DNA of 64,000 nt from positions 186,001 through 250,000 of the forward strand of contig RSEE01000057.1 in assembly GCA_003971905.1 (NCBI GenBank), written 5' to 3'. The stretch is from Moniliella sp. 'wahieum'. Its lineage: Eukaryota. This document shows positions 23,640-36,161 of this stretch, piece by piece. The first letter of the stretch is position 1, and each line of letters begins with the position of its first letter. A program made the translations under genes and the position numbers. Under the pieces are notes generated by a model that searched no databases, had not been told where the DNA came from, and saw only the letters and a program-made list of their open reading frames with translations.

Positions 23640-24293
23640 ATGATGCAAGCGGCGATGCCGATGGGCGCGCCGCGTGCCAAACGTGCTTTTGCTGAGGTGG
23701 ATGACGAAGGCATGGACCTCGGCGACGCCACCACCTCCAATAAACGTTTTCACCCTCCGCCCCTCTGTGCGCCCACCCCCCTTCACTCGCCTACCTTCCC
23801 CCTCTCCCATCCAGCCTCGCACCCGTCCCCAATTTCCCCCGCCTTTCCCAGCCCAGCCCAAGCAAGCCAACCTCTGATCACTTTGCGCTGTCCACCTTGG
23901 CCTTCAGGACGCCTGCCCCTTCTCCCTCTCCCTCTCTCGTCCCACCGAGCTCGGACTGCAATTCGGCTCGGGCTGCCCGTTCCCCCCGCGGATCAGGGGG
24001 AATTGAGGCTCTCACGACGAGAAGGGGATGAGACCATGCTGGAGCTGGAGCAGAGTGTACCTCCAGCTCCTGCTTCGTCGCCTGTCTTGGGTGCCAGTGT
24101 ACGCCTGCCGCGCATCCTCCTCTCTCAACCTGCTCGGCCGTCCACACCCGCGGCACACCCAAGGTCACCCTTGGCTTTGTCCCGGCTGTCCACTTGCCTG
24201 GAACGCAGTACGTACCACCCGCTCCCTAGCCCAGAGCTGCAGCTAAACGTTCTCTCCAGAACGGATCATCTTATGCATGTGACCTACGAGTAG
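23640..24293 (+). CDS. Hypothetical protein, Pro/Ser-rich, possible C-terminal Cys/His motif
   Basis: MMQAAMPMGAPRAKRAFAEVDDEGMD start in pyrimidine-rich leader context; probable intron 24208-24259 (GTACGT...CTAAA...CAG); frame near the 3' end ambiguous. Confidence 0.45.
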   Translation: MMQAAMPMGAPRAKRAFAEVDDEGMDLGDATTSNKRFHPPPLCAPTPLHSPTFPLSHPASHPSPISPAFPSPAQASQPLITLRCPPWPSGRLPLLPLPLSSHRARTAIRLGLPVPPADQGELRLSRREGDETMLELEQSVPPAPASSPVLGASVRLPRILLSQPARPSTPAAHPRSPLALSRLSTCLERSTYHPLPSPELQLNVLSRTDHLMHVTYE

Positions 24294-24859
24294 GCACGAC
24301 CCATGTTCTCCACCTGGACTATCGCAGCTACCTCAAGGCGGGTTTTCTCCTGTTTCTCGCGCTCAGCATACACCCATATGTATCACAGTCTCCCAAGCCC
24401 TTGGTTGCACAACTTTTTGGAAATGCACCCAGACGGACAGGCCGCTCAGGGTGGGACGGGACGGGGGCTCCAACGCCCAACTATAGTTACTAGTTAGAGG
24501 CTAGTTCCGCCTGCTATCTGCTCCGTCGAGTGGGTATTGTTGAGGAGGATGCGGCACCGTGCCTGGGGCCTGAGCGCCGAGCGGGGTTCCCACTCTAAAA
24601 GATTGAAACCTAGGCCGCTGGTTCCGCCCGTGCGTGTCTGACAAACACCGCGGCGGAAGTGCGTGGGCACAGGAGGACGGGGCAACTGGCGGGTGCTTCG
24701 TGGGACGGCCAGCTGCCCCAGCCGGCCGGTCCAAGTTTGTCGCGTGTGTAGATGCCCAATCGCATCGACCATCTTCGGGGGCCCCCCAAGGATAGTGGAT
24801 GGCACCTCCTCGCCTTCCTCTGACCTCTTTCCGGCGCGCCTCACCCCCTCTCCGCCGCC

Positions 24860-25817
24860 ATGGCTAGCATCCTCTCTGTCCGTGTTCTGCGGCTGGCCCC
24901 ACGCCTCACCCGCCCCCTCTCCACCACACCTGCCCCCCTGGCCATTACCAAGATGGCCATGCCCGCTATGAGTCCCACCATGACCGAAGGCGGTCTGGCC
25001 GAATGGAAGGTCAAGGAGGGTCAGGCATTTGCGCAGGGCGATGTGTTGCTGGACATCGAGACGGACAAGGCAACGATGGACGTAGAAGCGCCCGAGGACG
25101 GTGTGCTGGCCAAGATCCTGGTTCCCAACGGGACCAAGGACGTTCCTGTGGGCCAAATCATTGCGCTGCTCGCCGAGGAAGGAGACGATTTGACCAAGAT
25201 TGAGATGCCCAAAGACGAAAACCCGCCTGCCTCTGCCTCTGCCTCAGCCTCAGCCCCGGCCTCGGCTTCTGTACCTGCTTCTGCCACAGCAGGGCCACCG
25301 TCCGTGGCGCACGAGGCCACGACGCACCAGCCCCTTCTGCTCGGCCGTACCTCCCCTCTGTCGCCCGTCTCTTGGTGGAGAAAAACATCTCGGACCCCTC
25401 GCAGATCAAGGGCACTGGGATCCATGGAATTCTGACCAAGGGCGACGTGCTGGCATTTTTGGGCGAAGCGTCGTCCCCGACGGGCACGTACAAGCCCCCA
25501 CAGGGTGGCGTGGCCACACTCTACGGCCCTCCTCCTTCAGAAAAGAAGACCTCTGCACCCGCAAAGGCTGCCCCCTCCAAACCTGCTGAGCCTGTACGTC
25601 CTCCCTTCGCTAACAAATGGAAGAGTAGATACTGATACTTGAGCATCCCATCCAGTTGTCCGGCACTGCCCTGCGCACCCTCATTATTGGTGGCTTGGTC
25701 GATGCGAATCACAAGTCGGTTGCACCGCCAAAGCCCGCGTCCGAATCGGCCTCTTCGGTACCCAAACCGTCGCCACCCAAGCCCACGTTCGAAGATGTGA
25801 TGGCTGGGTACATGTGA
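24860..25817 (+). CDS. PDX1: Pyruvate dehydrogenase complex protein X / E3-binding protein (lipoyl + peripheral-subunit-binding domain, no acetyltransferase core)
   Basis: Mitochondrial presequence; lipoyl domain MPAMSPTMTEG...IETDKATMDVEA; PSBD IKGTGIHGILTKGDVLAFLG; intron starting GTACGT ~25594 to CAG ~25654; ends KPTFEDVMAGYM*. Too short for Lat1. Confidence 0.85.
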
Positions 25818-26353
25818 GCAACCGAACCCTCACAGCCCTTCCCTGCCATGCCCCCCCAAAATAACCAGGAATCCAGGAATCTAAGAATCCACGGTTGCCA
25901 TGACAAGATTGAACGACGGTATAGCGCACAGGTGCAAAGGTCGCTCCATGGCAGGGCGGCCTTGAACTATACTAAGGACAAGCGCCAGAGAGCCACGTCA
26001 GCTGGAGTTGGTGGGGCTGCAGACGAGGAGATGACGTTGACGCAGCAAAGTGGTTGACTTTTGTAGGATGGAGGAACTGAACTGAGAGACATGATACCGT
26101 TCCGGGAGCAAACCGAGCCCACGGTCTCAAATGGCATAAGAAGGGTCGGTCGCAATCAAGGGACTGTTTCAACGCTGGACAAGGTGTTACGCAGGTAGAC
26201 CTAGCATCGAGTGCCTATAGATATGGTCTGGAAGCTTAACGCATAACGGGAAATGAGGGTATGGTACATTTTGGATAACCTGGCAAACGGTGGGCCAGAC
26301 GAGAGTTAGGAGGCGCGGCCACTGCAGGGACGGAACTAGGCATCCGACCTGGA

Positions 26354-28439
26354 TCACGACCATTGCTCTGCCCCCTCGGCTGGGCGAAGCTCGCGGTACA
26401 GTGGTTCCCATGCCCGATGCCTCGCTAGTTTCTCCATTTCTTCCAAGGTATCGGGAAGCGGGGCGGTGGCCAAGCCTTCGTGTTTGGCTGCTAGGGCTAC
26501 CGCAGCAGATACCTTCATACTGATGTCTCGTACGGCCACCAGGTCAGGCAAGAGTGCCGCCCGAGGGTTCTCCAACGCCGGGAGAGCGGGCAATCGCATC
26601 CACACCAGCCACAATCATCTTCTTGCTCAAGCGAGGCGAACGGGAGAGGATCACACCGCCGGCCAAGCCGGGGAAAGCGAGCGCATTGTTCGATTCGGCA
26701 ATGGGGTAGGTATCGTCCGAGTTGGGCAGACGTACGGCCGGGAATGGGGATCCCGTGGCGATCAGTGCTTTGCCCTCGGTCCAACGATTAATGTCGTCCG
26801 GTCGCGCTTCGGCAAGGCGGGAGGGATTGGACAGGGGGAAGATGGCTGGCTGAGCGCAATGACGACTCATCTCCTTCACCACCTCTTCAGTAAACGCACC
26901 ACCTTGCCCCGATACGCCAATGAGTACGGTAGGCTTCACGTTCCGGACAACATCCAGGAGGGAGAAACCTTGTCCCCGCTTGGCTGGCGCCCACGACGCG
27001 ACCTCCTCATGAGTGCGGGCAAACGGTTCTTGCGCCGCACGCAGCTCTTGTGCACCCTCAACCAGGAGACCCTCACGATCGATGAGGTAGAGCCGTTTGC
27101 TAGCCTCCTCCTGGCTGCCCCTTGACGAATGGCAATTTGCCCGGATTTGGGTGGCAATCCCAACGCCGGCGGTGCCTGCACCAAGATCACGTACCGTTGG
27201 TCCTCAGAGCGTGGAGCGGGTCACCTTGACGGCCGAAAGGACCGCAGCCAGGTGTGACGGCAGCGGTGCCCTCAGCATCGTCCCAAAACGCACGGCGGCC
27301 CTGCTGGTGGTACCGCTCCATGAGACGATGGGCATTGTGCGTGCCAAAGTCCTCAAAGTGCAGAAGGGCATGGGGGAACGTTTGACTGGCCACACTCACA
27401 TAGTCGTCCATAAATGCGTCGTACTCTTCCCCGCGCAGGCGCGGGTGGCGCCAACCAAGGTACATTGGGTCGGCCAGTAGCGACGCATTGTTGGTTCCGA
27501 CATCTAATCCGACGCTCAGGGCGCGCTGTGGGTCAAACCCACCCCCAACCGCATAGATCGTGTTCTTTCCAATCGCAATGTTGATCCCGCCCACACCTGA
27601 AGAAAGCGCGTCAGAAAATGCTTGTAAGGGAAAAGGAGGGGGGGAGGGAGGAAGACATACCTTGGTCACCAATGCCGAGGATACCTTCGGAATCAGTACA
27701 TGTGAGCAAGTCCACATCTTCCTGATCCAAATGACCGTAGTGGCTGATGGCGTCACGGATGTATCGCCGTCCAGCCTGGCGATCGCCACGAGCGGCATCG
27801 ATAGCTGCCTTATATGCAGGATAGGAGAGGAAAGTACCATCGGGCCGACGGAAGATGCGCGAGAGTAGTTTTGGATCGCGGTGCCCACAACAGGTGTATA
27901 GATGATCCGTAACGTCTCCTTTAGGTTGCGCTGCAACAAAGCATAGTACAAGACGGAATTTTGGTCCTTGAGGGAGCGGAGAAAGGTATACTGCATCAGC
28001 TCGCCATCGTCTTCGTCGCTTGAGACGGCAATCCGCTGCCGCAGCATGAATTGAGTGTAGGCACGCTCCACCTGGGTAGCAAGGGAGTGGACGCTGCTAG
28101 GCAAAAAGGGAGAGAGACCCAACAGGTCACGCTCCTTTTGGCTGTGGGCTGCACCGTAATTGGTGATTGGATCCTCCAGCACCTCCCCTCCGCGCTTGTG
28201 CACGTACAGCACCGGCAGCGGCGGTGAGCCAGGGGGATTGCTCGGGTGCACTGTACGTTCCCTCGCGGTGCCCGGAGTGGGTTGGGTAGGTCGTGCACGC
28301 GCGAGGGCCATAGGGCTGGGGCTGGGCGATGGGGGGTCAAGGGCACAGTCGGTTTTGGGTGAGCCGGCGAGGCCTCGGTGGCTAGTGAGCGACAGCCGAG
28401 AAGGACACGCGATGGGGGGGCGAGACGTTGGAAGAGCAT
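26354..28439 (-). CDS. MAE1: Malic enzyme (probably mitochondrial, NAD(P)-dependent)
   Basis: IIYTPVVGTAIQNYS, EGILGIGDQ|GVGG, LDVGTNN..LL.DP.YLGWRHPR, LHFEDFG, GAGTAGVGIA, KPTVLIGVSGQGGAFTEE, IFPLSNP, ATGSPF, ESNNALAFPG. Intron 27597-27660. Several frameshifts. Confidence 0.92.
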
Positions 28440-29516
28440 GGTGTCGGCCCGGTCGAAAGTGGTGGAGAGGGAGTCGAGTCGATCGCGGCCGTTCTACCGG
28501 CGTAAAGGCAGGAGGAAGAGGCAAAGATGGGAGGAAAGAATATACACAAACGGAGCTCCCGCTCACCCAACACGGTTGGTTATAACAGGCAGCCATCTTC
28601 CACCTGGCAGCGGCGTTAATAAAAAAAACGGACTCCTAAGAGGACCGTGACAGACTCTATCGATATAAACCGTTCGGACTAGAATCGCCGCACGGCGGCA
28701 GTGTTGCGCGGCGTCAATGCGTCACGCGTCAAACGCCAAACTTTCGTCGGGCACAAGCGGAGGTGGAGCAGTTCGACTCGGCCACTCCTCTGTTTTTTGG
28801 TTCGTGACAAACTTGCCACGGCGGTTAATTTGGACCACTTCTGCGGTGCTTTCGCCTTCAACTCGGGTGCTACCAGCCCGTCGAGGCGCGTCCATCTCAT
28901 CGTTGCTTTCGTCGTCGCATTGTCGACGTCGTCAAGCTCACCTGGACAAGCAGGCATGGAAGTGTGGGCGCTGGGAGTCATTCGTCTCCGCTGGCGAGCG
29001 GAGATGTGCACTGGAGGCGCGGAGAAGACAGCCAGCGGACTTGTTCAGCCCAATAGCCTCCAGCCTGCAAACACCGCCCTGCTTGTGTCTTTTCCGAAGA
29101 AACAGGGGGGCGGACAAGCGTATGCGATGCGCGCGGCAGCCACGTCTGTCCTCCACACCCGCGCCTTCCGGGCGGACCCGACGTCTGCCCTGTGCCCCGG
29201 CAAGAGGTTCTAAGCCGGGGTTATTAGCAACAGCCTGGAGCAGGCTGTGGAGCAGCCGGTGGGCGCGTCGGGCGGGACGGGCGGGAGATTCCGGACCAGG
29301 ATGTCTGGAATCGTTGATCATCGATCGATTAGTGATCCTGTGTAACCCTAAGGTTCCGCCCTCCCCAACGCCGCTACTATTAGCCGAAGAAGCCTCAGGC
29401 ACAGGGCTCTCTTGGGCTCAAAACTCACTGCCTCCACTGCCTCAACGCGTCAACACTGTGCCCTGCTGTGCCGCGTGTTGCGCGGTTGGCAACCCGGACC
29501 AACCCGAGATGGGCGA

Positions 29517-29730
29517 CTGACGTGCGTGGCACGTGGCGCGTGACGCGTGATGCGATTTCAACCGACGTTGCACCGGCGGGGTTAAAGTGACCAGCAGCGC
29601 TCAAAGCCAGGGCTAGTGAGCTAGGGAGATTAGGGAGCTAGTGAGATCTGAGATCTGGAAGTCACTAGTCACTAGTCACTAGTCATGCCTTAACGCGTTT
29701 GACGTAAAAGATGGCTTAGATCTCGAGAGG
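29517..29730. repeat. Small TNA + palindrome heptamer cluster
   Basis: TGACGCGTGA ~29542; (TGAGATC)2 at 29642-29655; (TCACTAG)3 at 29662-29682. Confidence 0.8.
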
Positions 29731-30250
29731 CCAGATAGGCCAATCGGAGATGGAAAGGATCCTCCAAGTGCTTGTGGATTTTACATGGTGTCTCCATTAA
29801 CGATTGTTGGTAGGTACGCATCGCGAACCCACACCTCCCACAGGAAGCTGTGTGCGACCCCGTCTCTCTCTCATCCTGAATCTAGCCGTTGCCCTGTAAT
29901 CCATGTAATTGGTCAAGAAGAGTAATGTGGAGTGAGTAACAATCAAGGGGAGAAAAATGCTATGCATCGCCAAGTGAGAGCGAGCCTAGTGGAGCCAAAG
30001 CGATTTGCACGTCCCTGCCCAAGTTTTGCAAATGCTACGACGGATACAGACGTAGAGAGACAAACTTGGAGAGAGATCATTAGGGTCGTACTGCATGACT
30101 GCCTCCCCGAAGCAAAGAATAAAAAAATGGGGAGAGCCAAAAAGAAAAATATGGGGAGGCGAACCATCCGGAACAGAGACAAACTGTGGGGGGGGGTCGA
30201 GGCGGCCTTGCTCCGCACCGCTAACGAGAAACAGATGAACAGAGGGGCTG

Positions 30251-32987
30251 TCATAGGTATATGTCCAGCGTCAACTGGTTGACCTCGGCCGAATCCGCAG
30301 CGACCAAGTTCTCCTCCTGGAGAAAATGATGGGCAAAGCAGACCAGGGAACCTTGGACCGCTCCCAGTCGCGCACGCACCCAAGCTGGGTCAGCATGCAA
30401 GTCCGCCACATGACCCGTAATGACATTAGCAGGGTAGTAGGTATGGTACCTGCCCACGATGCCACCCGGTCCGACGGGACTGGGCGAAAGACATCGTCCA
30501 ACGCTTGGGTATTCGTTCGCGCTCGGGTCTTCCACAAGCTTTCCACCTCGCCCAAAGGGTCAATCACCAAGCTTTCACTCTCCCCGGCTCCAGCAGCCAG
30601 GGGCGGAGGGTTTGGTGCGGGAGCGGCTTCATTGCTGGTGTGGGGAAGGTAGCTGCCGTTTCGGGGTAACAAGTTGGTGGAAGGAGGCCGAGGTGTTGTT
30701 GCCACAGGTGGCGACGGAAGGAGGCAGCAAATTTGGCTGCCTGGTACGGTTGGCCATCCATCGTTGACGCGACCGTTTCTCCATCTTCAATCAGGACTGC
30801 AATCTCGCTGTCGCGGTCGCCCAGCTGGCTACGGTCGTTCAAATTGGCTGAGCCTATCAGCACCCGACGATCATCCACGATCATCAGCTTGGAGTGTACG
30901 TAGATCTCCTCCGTAACCCACAGCGACACTTCTTCCACCGGATGGCCGGACCAGTGCGCATCCTGCATGTTTTCCACCGTGTCTTCCACTTTGGGATCCA
31001 GCACTTCGCGTGCCGCAGCCTGGAAGGGGCCAAGATTGATTCGGCCTCCCTTACGCTGGGAGGCATCGTGCTCGCCGGAATCGATTCTTCGGTGCCCGAA
31101 AACGAGGGGGGAATGGTACCCTTGATCGGAGGCGCTGCAGCCGGATTGTATAGCTTGAAGCTCGTGCCATGGAGTGGGCCCTGGGCTTGGCCTCGGGCGT
31201 CAATGCCCATGTCGACATACGCATCTCCATTGAAGAGGCGGGCGAGGGCGAGTTGGCTTTGGTGGTAGGACACCCCGCTTCGCCGTTCCACCTCCCGCAC
31301 TTGCTCTAGGGGGAAGTTGATGCGGTCAAATCCACGCAGATGGTAAAAGGATGTAGTCTTCTGGGATCACTCCGGCCTGTCGCAACTGCCAAAGATACTG
31401 TTTTCCCCGCGACTGATGGAGAGGAATTGGTACCCCATAATGCACGGATTCCCGCCGCCTTGTCCAGTTCACCGGCGAAACATGGGATGGTGGGCATGAT
31501 GACAACCACCTTGAACTTCTTGCCTTCTTGATGAGCGCGGAGAATGCGGGCGACAAGCGCCATTCCGATCCGGTTCTTGACCGTGCCCGTGGTCTGAGTG
31601 GAGGTAATGAAAAACTGTAGTGGCCATTGCAACAACGTTAGTCGATTATCACCCTCCACAGTCAAAAAAAACAGACGGGAAAACAGACACACCTGATTCT
31701 CAATATAGATGTAGTGTTCAGCTTCGGTAATGAGCCTGAGATAGGCGTTCTGGATGGAATGCTCGGTGAGGATACCCAGGCTCCAATCGGCGCTGGAGCG
31801 GAGGACTTGAACGGAGCAGCTGCCAGGCCCAACAATCGGTGGAGGTGGCATTCCTCCCTGTGCATTGTAGCCGCCTCCGTAATTCGAGTGAAACGGGTGG
31901 CGAATTACCTCGCCGGTCTGGGCCATCGCGGCTAAACGCGGATGGGCTTGGAGGAAGGCAAAGTGCGGGTCGAGAAGATGTGGGTCTGGACCGGAAGGCA
32001 GAGCAATGTAGCTGATCCTCGATCATTCTTGTATTGAACATCTTGAGAAAGTTCCAGCGGTGAATAAAGTGCGCTGCCACGTCCAGCACCGCGGTTCCAT
32101 AGATGGTGACATGCACATCGTGCCACGGCATGCGACCAATTAGCGTGCGGCTTTGATGGTTGCCGAGGTAGTCCTTGACGTTGTGGAAGTCCTCGATACG
32201 AGCATTGTTGTAATCCTGGCCTGGAAAGAGGGTGCGCGATGCATCGCCCAGGTGCACATCTGCCAGAGGGTACGACTGAGTGTCCCAGCGGCCATAACAA
32301 ATATCCAGCCCCCCACGGCACAGACGTCGTATCAACGACAACGAGCTGGTGGACCCGGACAATGTCAGTCTTGAAACGCGTGTGAAAAGGAAGATGGATA
32401 CATGCCTTTTCGTGGTGGGACCACATGAGGGTAACCTCGCCTCCCAGATGATCCGGGTGACGGTAGACTTGGATGTTGGGGTGGAGGTCCTCGAGATAGT
32501 GCTTGGTCCAAACAGAGGCCATGGTCATGGTCTGTGGCACCTCCTTGTAGACGACAATGAAGATGCGGACGCCCTGCTCAGCCTTTCGCTGGAGCATACG
32601 GTCCAGGCGATAGCCCTCAAACAGGTGCGGTGGGCGGCGAAGATAGAGTTCGGGGGAAAGCCACCAGTCGAGGATGAAGATGTGGCTGGTAGCCTGCTCG
32701 ATCATCTCGCTCAGCGCCCAAAAGTAGTCGCATCCATCGGAGTACCAGTGGACATGATTGCCAGAGCGCACGGGGGCAAAGCTGCGCATCCGATGCGATT
32801 CACACACGGCCTCGCGCTGGGCATCCAGCTCTTTCTCCCACGGCTCGTCGTGGCGGTGGTTGGGGTTGAGGGTGGACTGCACACTGACCGTCCAGCGGTC
32901 CAGGTTGGCGCGCAGCTCGGCGGGGTCGGTGTTCTTCTTGATGAGGTTGACAAGGCCGAGCTTGTCGTACTTGTCGACGAGACCCAT
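30251..32987 (-). CDS. Phospholipase D (two HKD motifs; short type lacking obvious PX/PH domains)
   Basis: [100 protein letters not shown]. Introns 32346-32405 (GC-AG) and 31615-31692. Ends NQLTLDIYL*. Confidence 0.93.
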
Positions 32988-33927
32988 TGTGGTGGAGGTG
33001 GGATAATCGTCCGCTGTTTTTCCTCCCTTTGGCCCCTCTCCTATCGATGACGGGTGGGGTGGGTGCGGTGGCTCCGCAGGGTCACACACACCTATACTTG
33101 TGGCGCAGCGCCCAATTTCAACTTAGCGTCAAGTACGTTAAGCTTTAAGCGCAATCGGCAATCACACACACGCCACCGGCTATGCGCTCAGGCTGAGCGC
33201 GCGATGATCGATCGATGATCCGATCATCGACGGCACATCACGTGATGCACAAGTGATGTCCATGTCAGCGCTCCGCCGGCTCCCCCAGCTCCACCTCCTG
33301 TCTCCATCAAACCACCAAGCCAGCATATCCCCCAAGCACATGAAAGAAGGATATATTACGTCCTGCATCTCAGGAGCAACTGTTCGATGGGTTGGTGAAG
33401 CGCTGCGTCGACAGTCTTCGCGAGCCAATGGTTGGCTTGGTGGGGACAGCAAAACCTCGATACCCTTGGCGTCGTGTGAAGGACTGGCAACGTGGCAGGG
33501 CGCACAGTCTTTGCTCAACATCCCCCACGTTTCATCCACTAGCTCATTTCAGCGTCGGTCCTCTTCACGTTTTCGGGGGAGAGCGAATGACCTGTGGCTC
33601 GGTCAAATGGTCGGTGGCAACTGGAGCATCGCAGGCACGCTGAGCTAGCCAAGGAGGTGAGCCTACAGGAAAACGAGGTGCCATCAGGCCTAAAGCCCAG
33701 CCTGAGTGGCTCGGATCATGCGCTCTCCTGCCTCTTCTCGGTCAGACACAAAGACGGAGAAGCTCATAATCCAGCCGGAAGCGAGGCCTCTCATAAGTAC
33801 ATGTGTTCTGTTACCACGTCTGCTTCCACATTTGCTTTCATTCCCCCACCAACTTGCATCTGTAACCCGCATTCCGTGCCTTACGTATCCAAACAAGACG
33901 CACCCGTGGAGCAGGATCAGGATCGGA

Positions 33928-35253
33928 TTAGAGCAAGTCTTCAACCCGCGTAGGCATCTCGTCGCTGCAACGAAAAATGGGAGGTCAGTTTGATCAGGCA
34001 GCAAGCCAACAAGAGGACGTGGGGCACGTACATCTGCGTCGAGTAGTACTGCTCGATATCGCGCAAGATCTTGACATCGTCCAACGTGACAAAATTGATC
34101 GCCACACCTTTTCGCCCAAAGCGACCAGAACGGCCAATGCGATGCAAGTAGTTCTCACGGTTGTGGGCAGATCGTAGTTGATCACCAGCGACACATTTTG
34201 TACGTCAATACCGCGTGCCCATACATCTGTCGTAATCAGCACCCGGGTCTGGCCTTGGCGGAACTCGGACATGATGGCGTCCCGCTCCTTTTGCGCCATC
34301 TCCCCATGCATGGCTGATACTTGGAAGTTGTTCTCGCGCATTTTTTCGTAAGCCAATCGACCTTGTTGCGGGTGTTGCAAAAGATGACAGCTTGCGTGAT
34401 GGTCAAGGTGTCATACAAGTCACACAACGTGTCAAACTTCCACTCTTCTTTTTCGACCGCAACAAAGAACTGCTTGATGCCTTCAAGTGTCAACTCATCG
34501 CGCTTGACCAAGATGCGGATCGGGTCGGTCATGAACTTGCTCGTCATCTCCAGCACGTCGTGTGGCAACGTGGCGGACAGAAGCACCCTACACCCCAGCC
34601 CCCAAACGGGAAAGGTTAGTAAAGTGTGTGGAAGCAAAGAAAGGGAGCGTGACATACACCTGGGTAGCCGGAGGAAGGTAGCGGTAAATGTCGTAAATCT
34701 GGTCTTTAAACCCATAGTCGAGCAGAGTATCGCTCTCGTCCATAATGAGCATCTTGAGGTTTTTGGTCTTGAGGAAGCGGCGGCGGATCATGTCAAATAC
34801 ACGTCCAGGAGTACCCGTCACGACCTGCACACCCGCCTCAAGCTTACGGATGTCCTCACCCACTGACGTGCCACCAATGCAAGCATGGCACGACACGTTC
34901 ATGTAGTCGCCGAGGGCGAGGATGACAGACTGGATCTGCGTTGCCAGTTCGCGAGTGGGCGCGAGGATGAGCGCCTGGGGGTCGCGGATGGAAGTATCGA
35001 TGGACTGGAGCATGGCAATGGAAAAAGTTGCCGTTTTACCCGTCCCGCTTTGTGCTTGGGCGATCACATCGCGGCCCCGCACGATAGGGAGAATGGCGCG
35101 TTGCTGAATGGCAGAGGGCCGTTCAAAGTTGTAGGCGTAGATGCCGCGCAGCAGGTCATCTTTGAGGCCAAGCGAATCGAACGTGGGGACGACTTTTACA
35201 CCGTGAGACGACTCAAAGACGAGCTTGTCGTCGTGTGCGTTGAGACCGCTCAT
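33928..35253 (-). CDS. FAL1: ATP-dependent RNA helicase eIF4A-III (exon junction complex / rRNA processing)
   Basis: [86 protein letters not shown] (eIF4AIII signature). Introns 34588-34657 and 33965-34031; ends [12 protein letters not shown]. Confidence 0.95.
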
Positions 35254-36161
35254 GGGGAAGAAGGATGCGGTGGTGGTGGCGCGAGGGGACGACCGACTCT
35301 GGCGATGGTTGTTTGGCGGGCCTAGCAGCAAAAAAGGTGCATACGTAAGAGCGAAAAATGAACTGTTCGAATTTTGCGAGCCCCATATAGAGAGGCCCCT
35401 GCCAATGGCTGGTCATTTATTCCCTTGCAGCTGGCCACACGGTATTACTTCACACATCGAAATGGAGCTAACGCTCTGGGCAGTTCGCCGCGCTTTTTTT
35501 TGCCACGCAGCTATCTCGTGGGCACAGCCTCTAGTACAGCCAACTTTTTCAGTCAAAAGCTCCGGATGTGGCGCCTTATTCGAACGTAGCGTGTGGATCT
35601 GCACCTGCAACGTCCAATTGCCTCTTAAATAGCGGCCACGATCCTCGTATACTGAGCCTGGTAACCACGCAAGAAGAGGGGCGAAGGAAAGGATGTGTTG
35701 ACCTCTGGTCATTTATGGCCAAGGTAACTTCCGAGTGACATCATGTGTGATGCGCGTGTGATGTTTTCTGACGTGGCGTTTCCGACTCCATGATGACTTG
35801 GATTCGCCACCGCCTTAGCAATTTGATCTCTATCGACCACCATTTCCATTTGCTGCTCTTTGAGCTCTTCCTGGGCGTTAATAGGATGGTAATCCTGTCA
35901 TTTTTCCAGCTTTGTCAGTGTGGATTATCTACCTGAACCAAGCGCCACGGTTGACTGTGCAATTTGTTCACAGTCTGTGCCGACGGCTAACGCATTACCT
36001 CGTGCCGAACCAAACCACAGCCATGTACCATGCCCTTCTACACGTTGGCATGAAAACTCAGGGGATCTGTACTACACTTAGCATGTGGGTGGTTAGAAGG
36101 AGTGTCATTGCCGGGTTCTCGGCCGTAAAAGTATAGTTTCCCATTAGTACACTGATTGTTA

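Noticed and set aside
24860..25817. Truncated LAT1 (E2) pseudogene
   Set aside because: Lipoyl + PSBD + short C-terminal segment with a clean intron and stop fits the short fungal protein X architecture.
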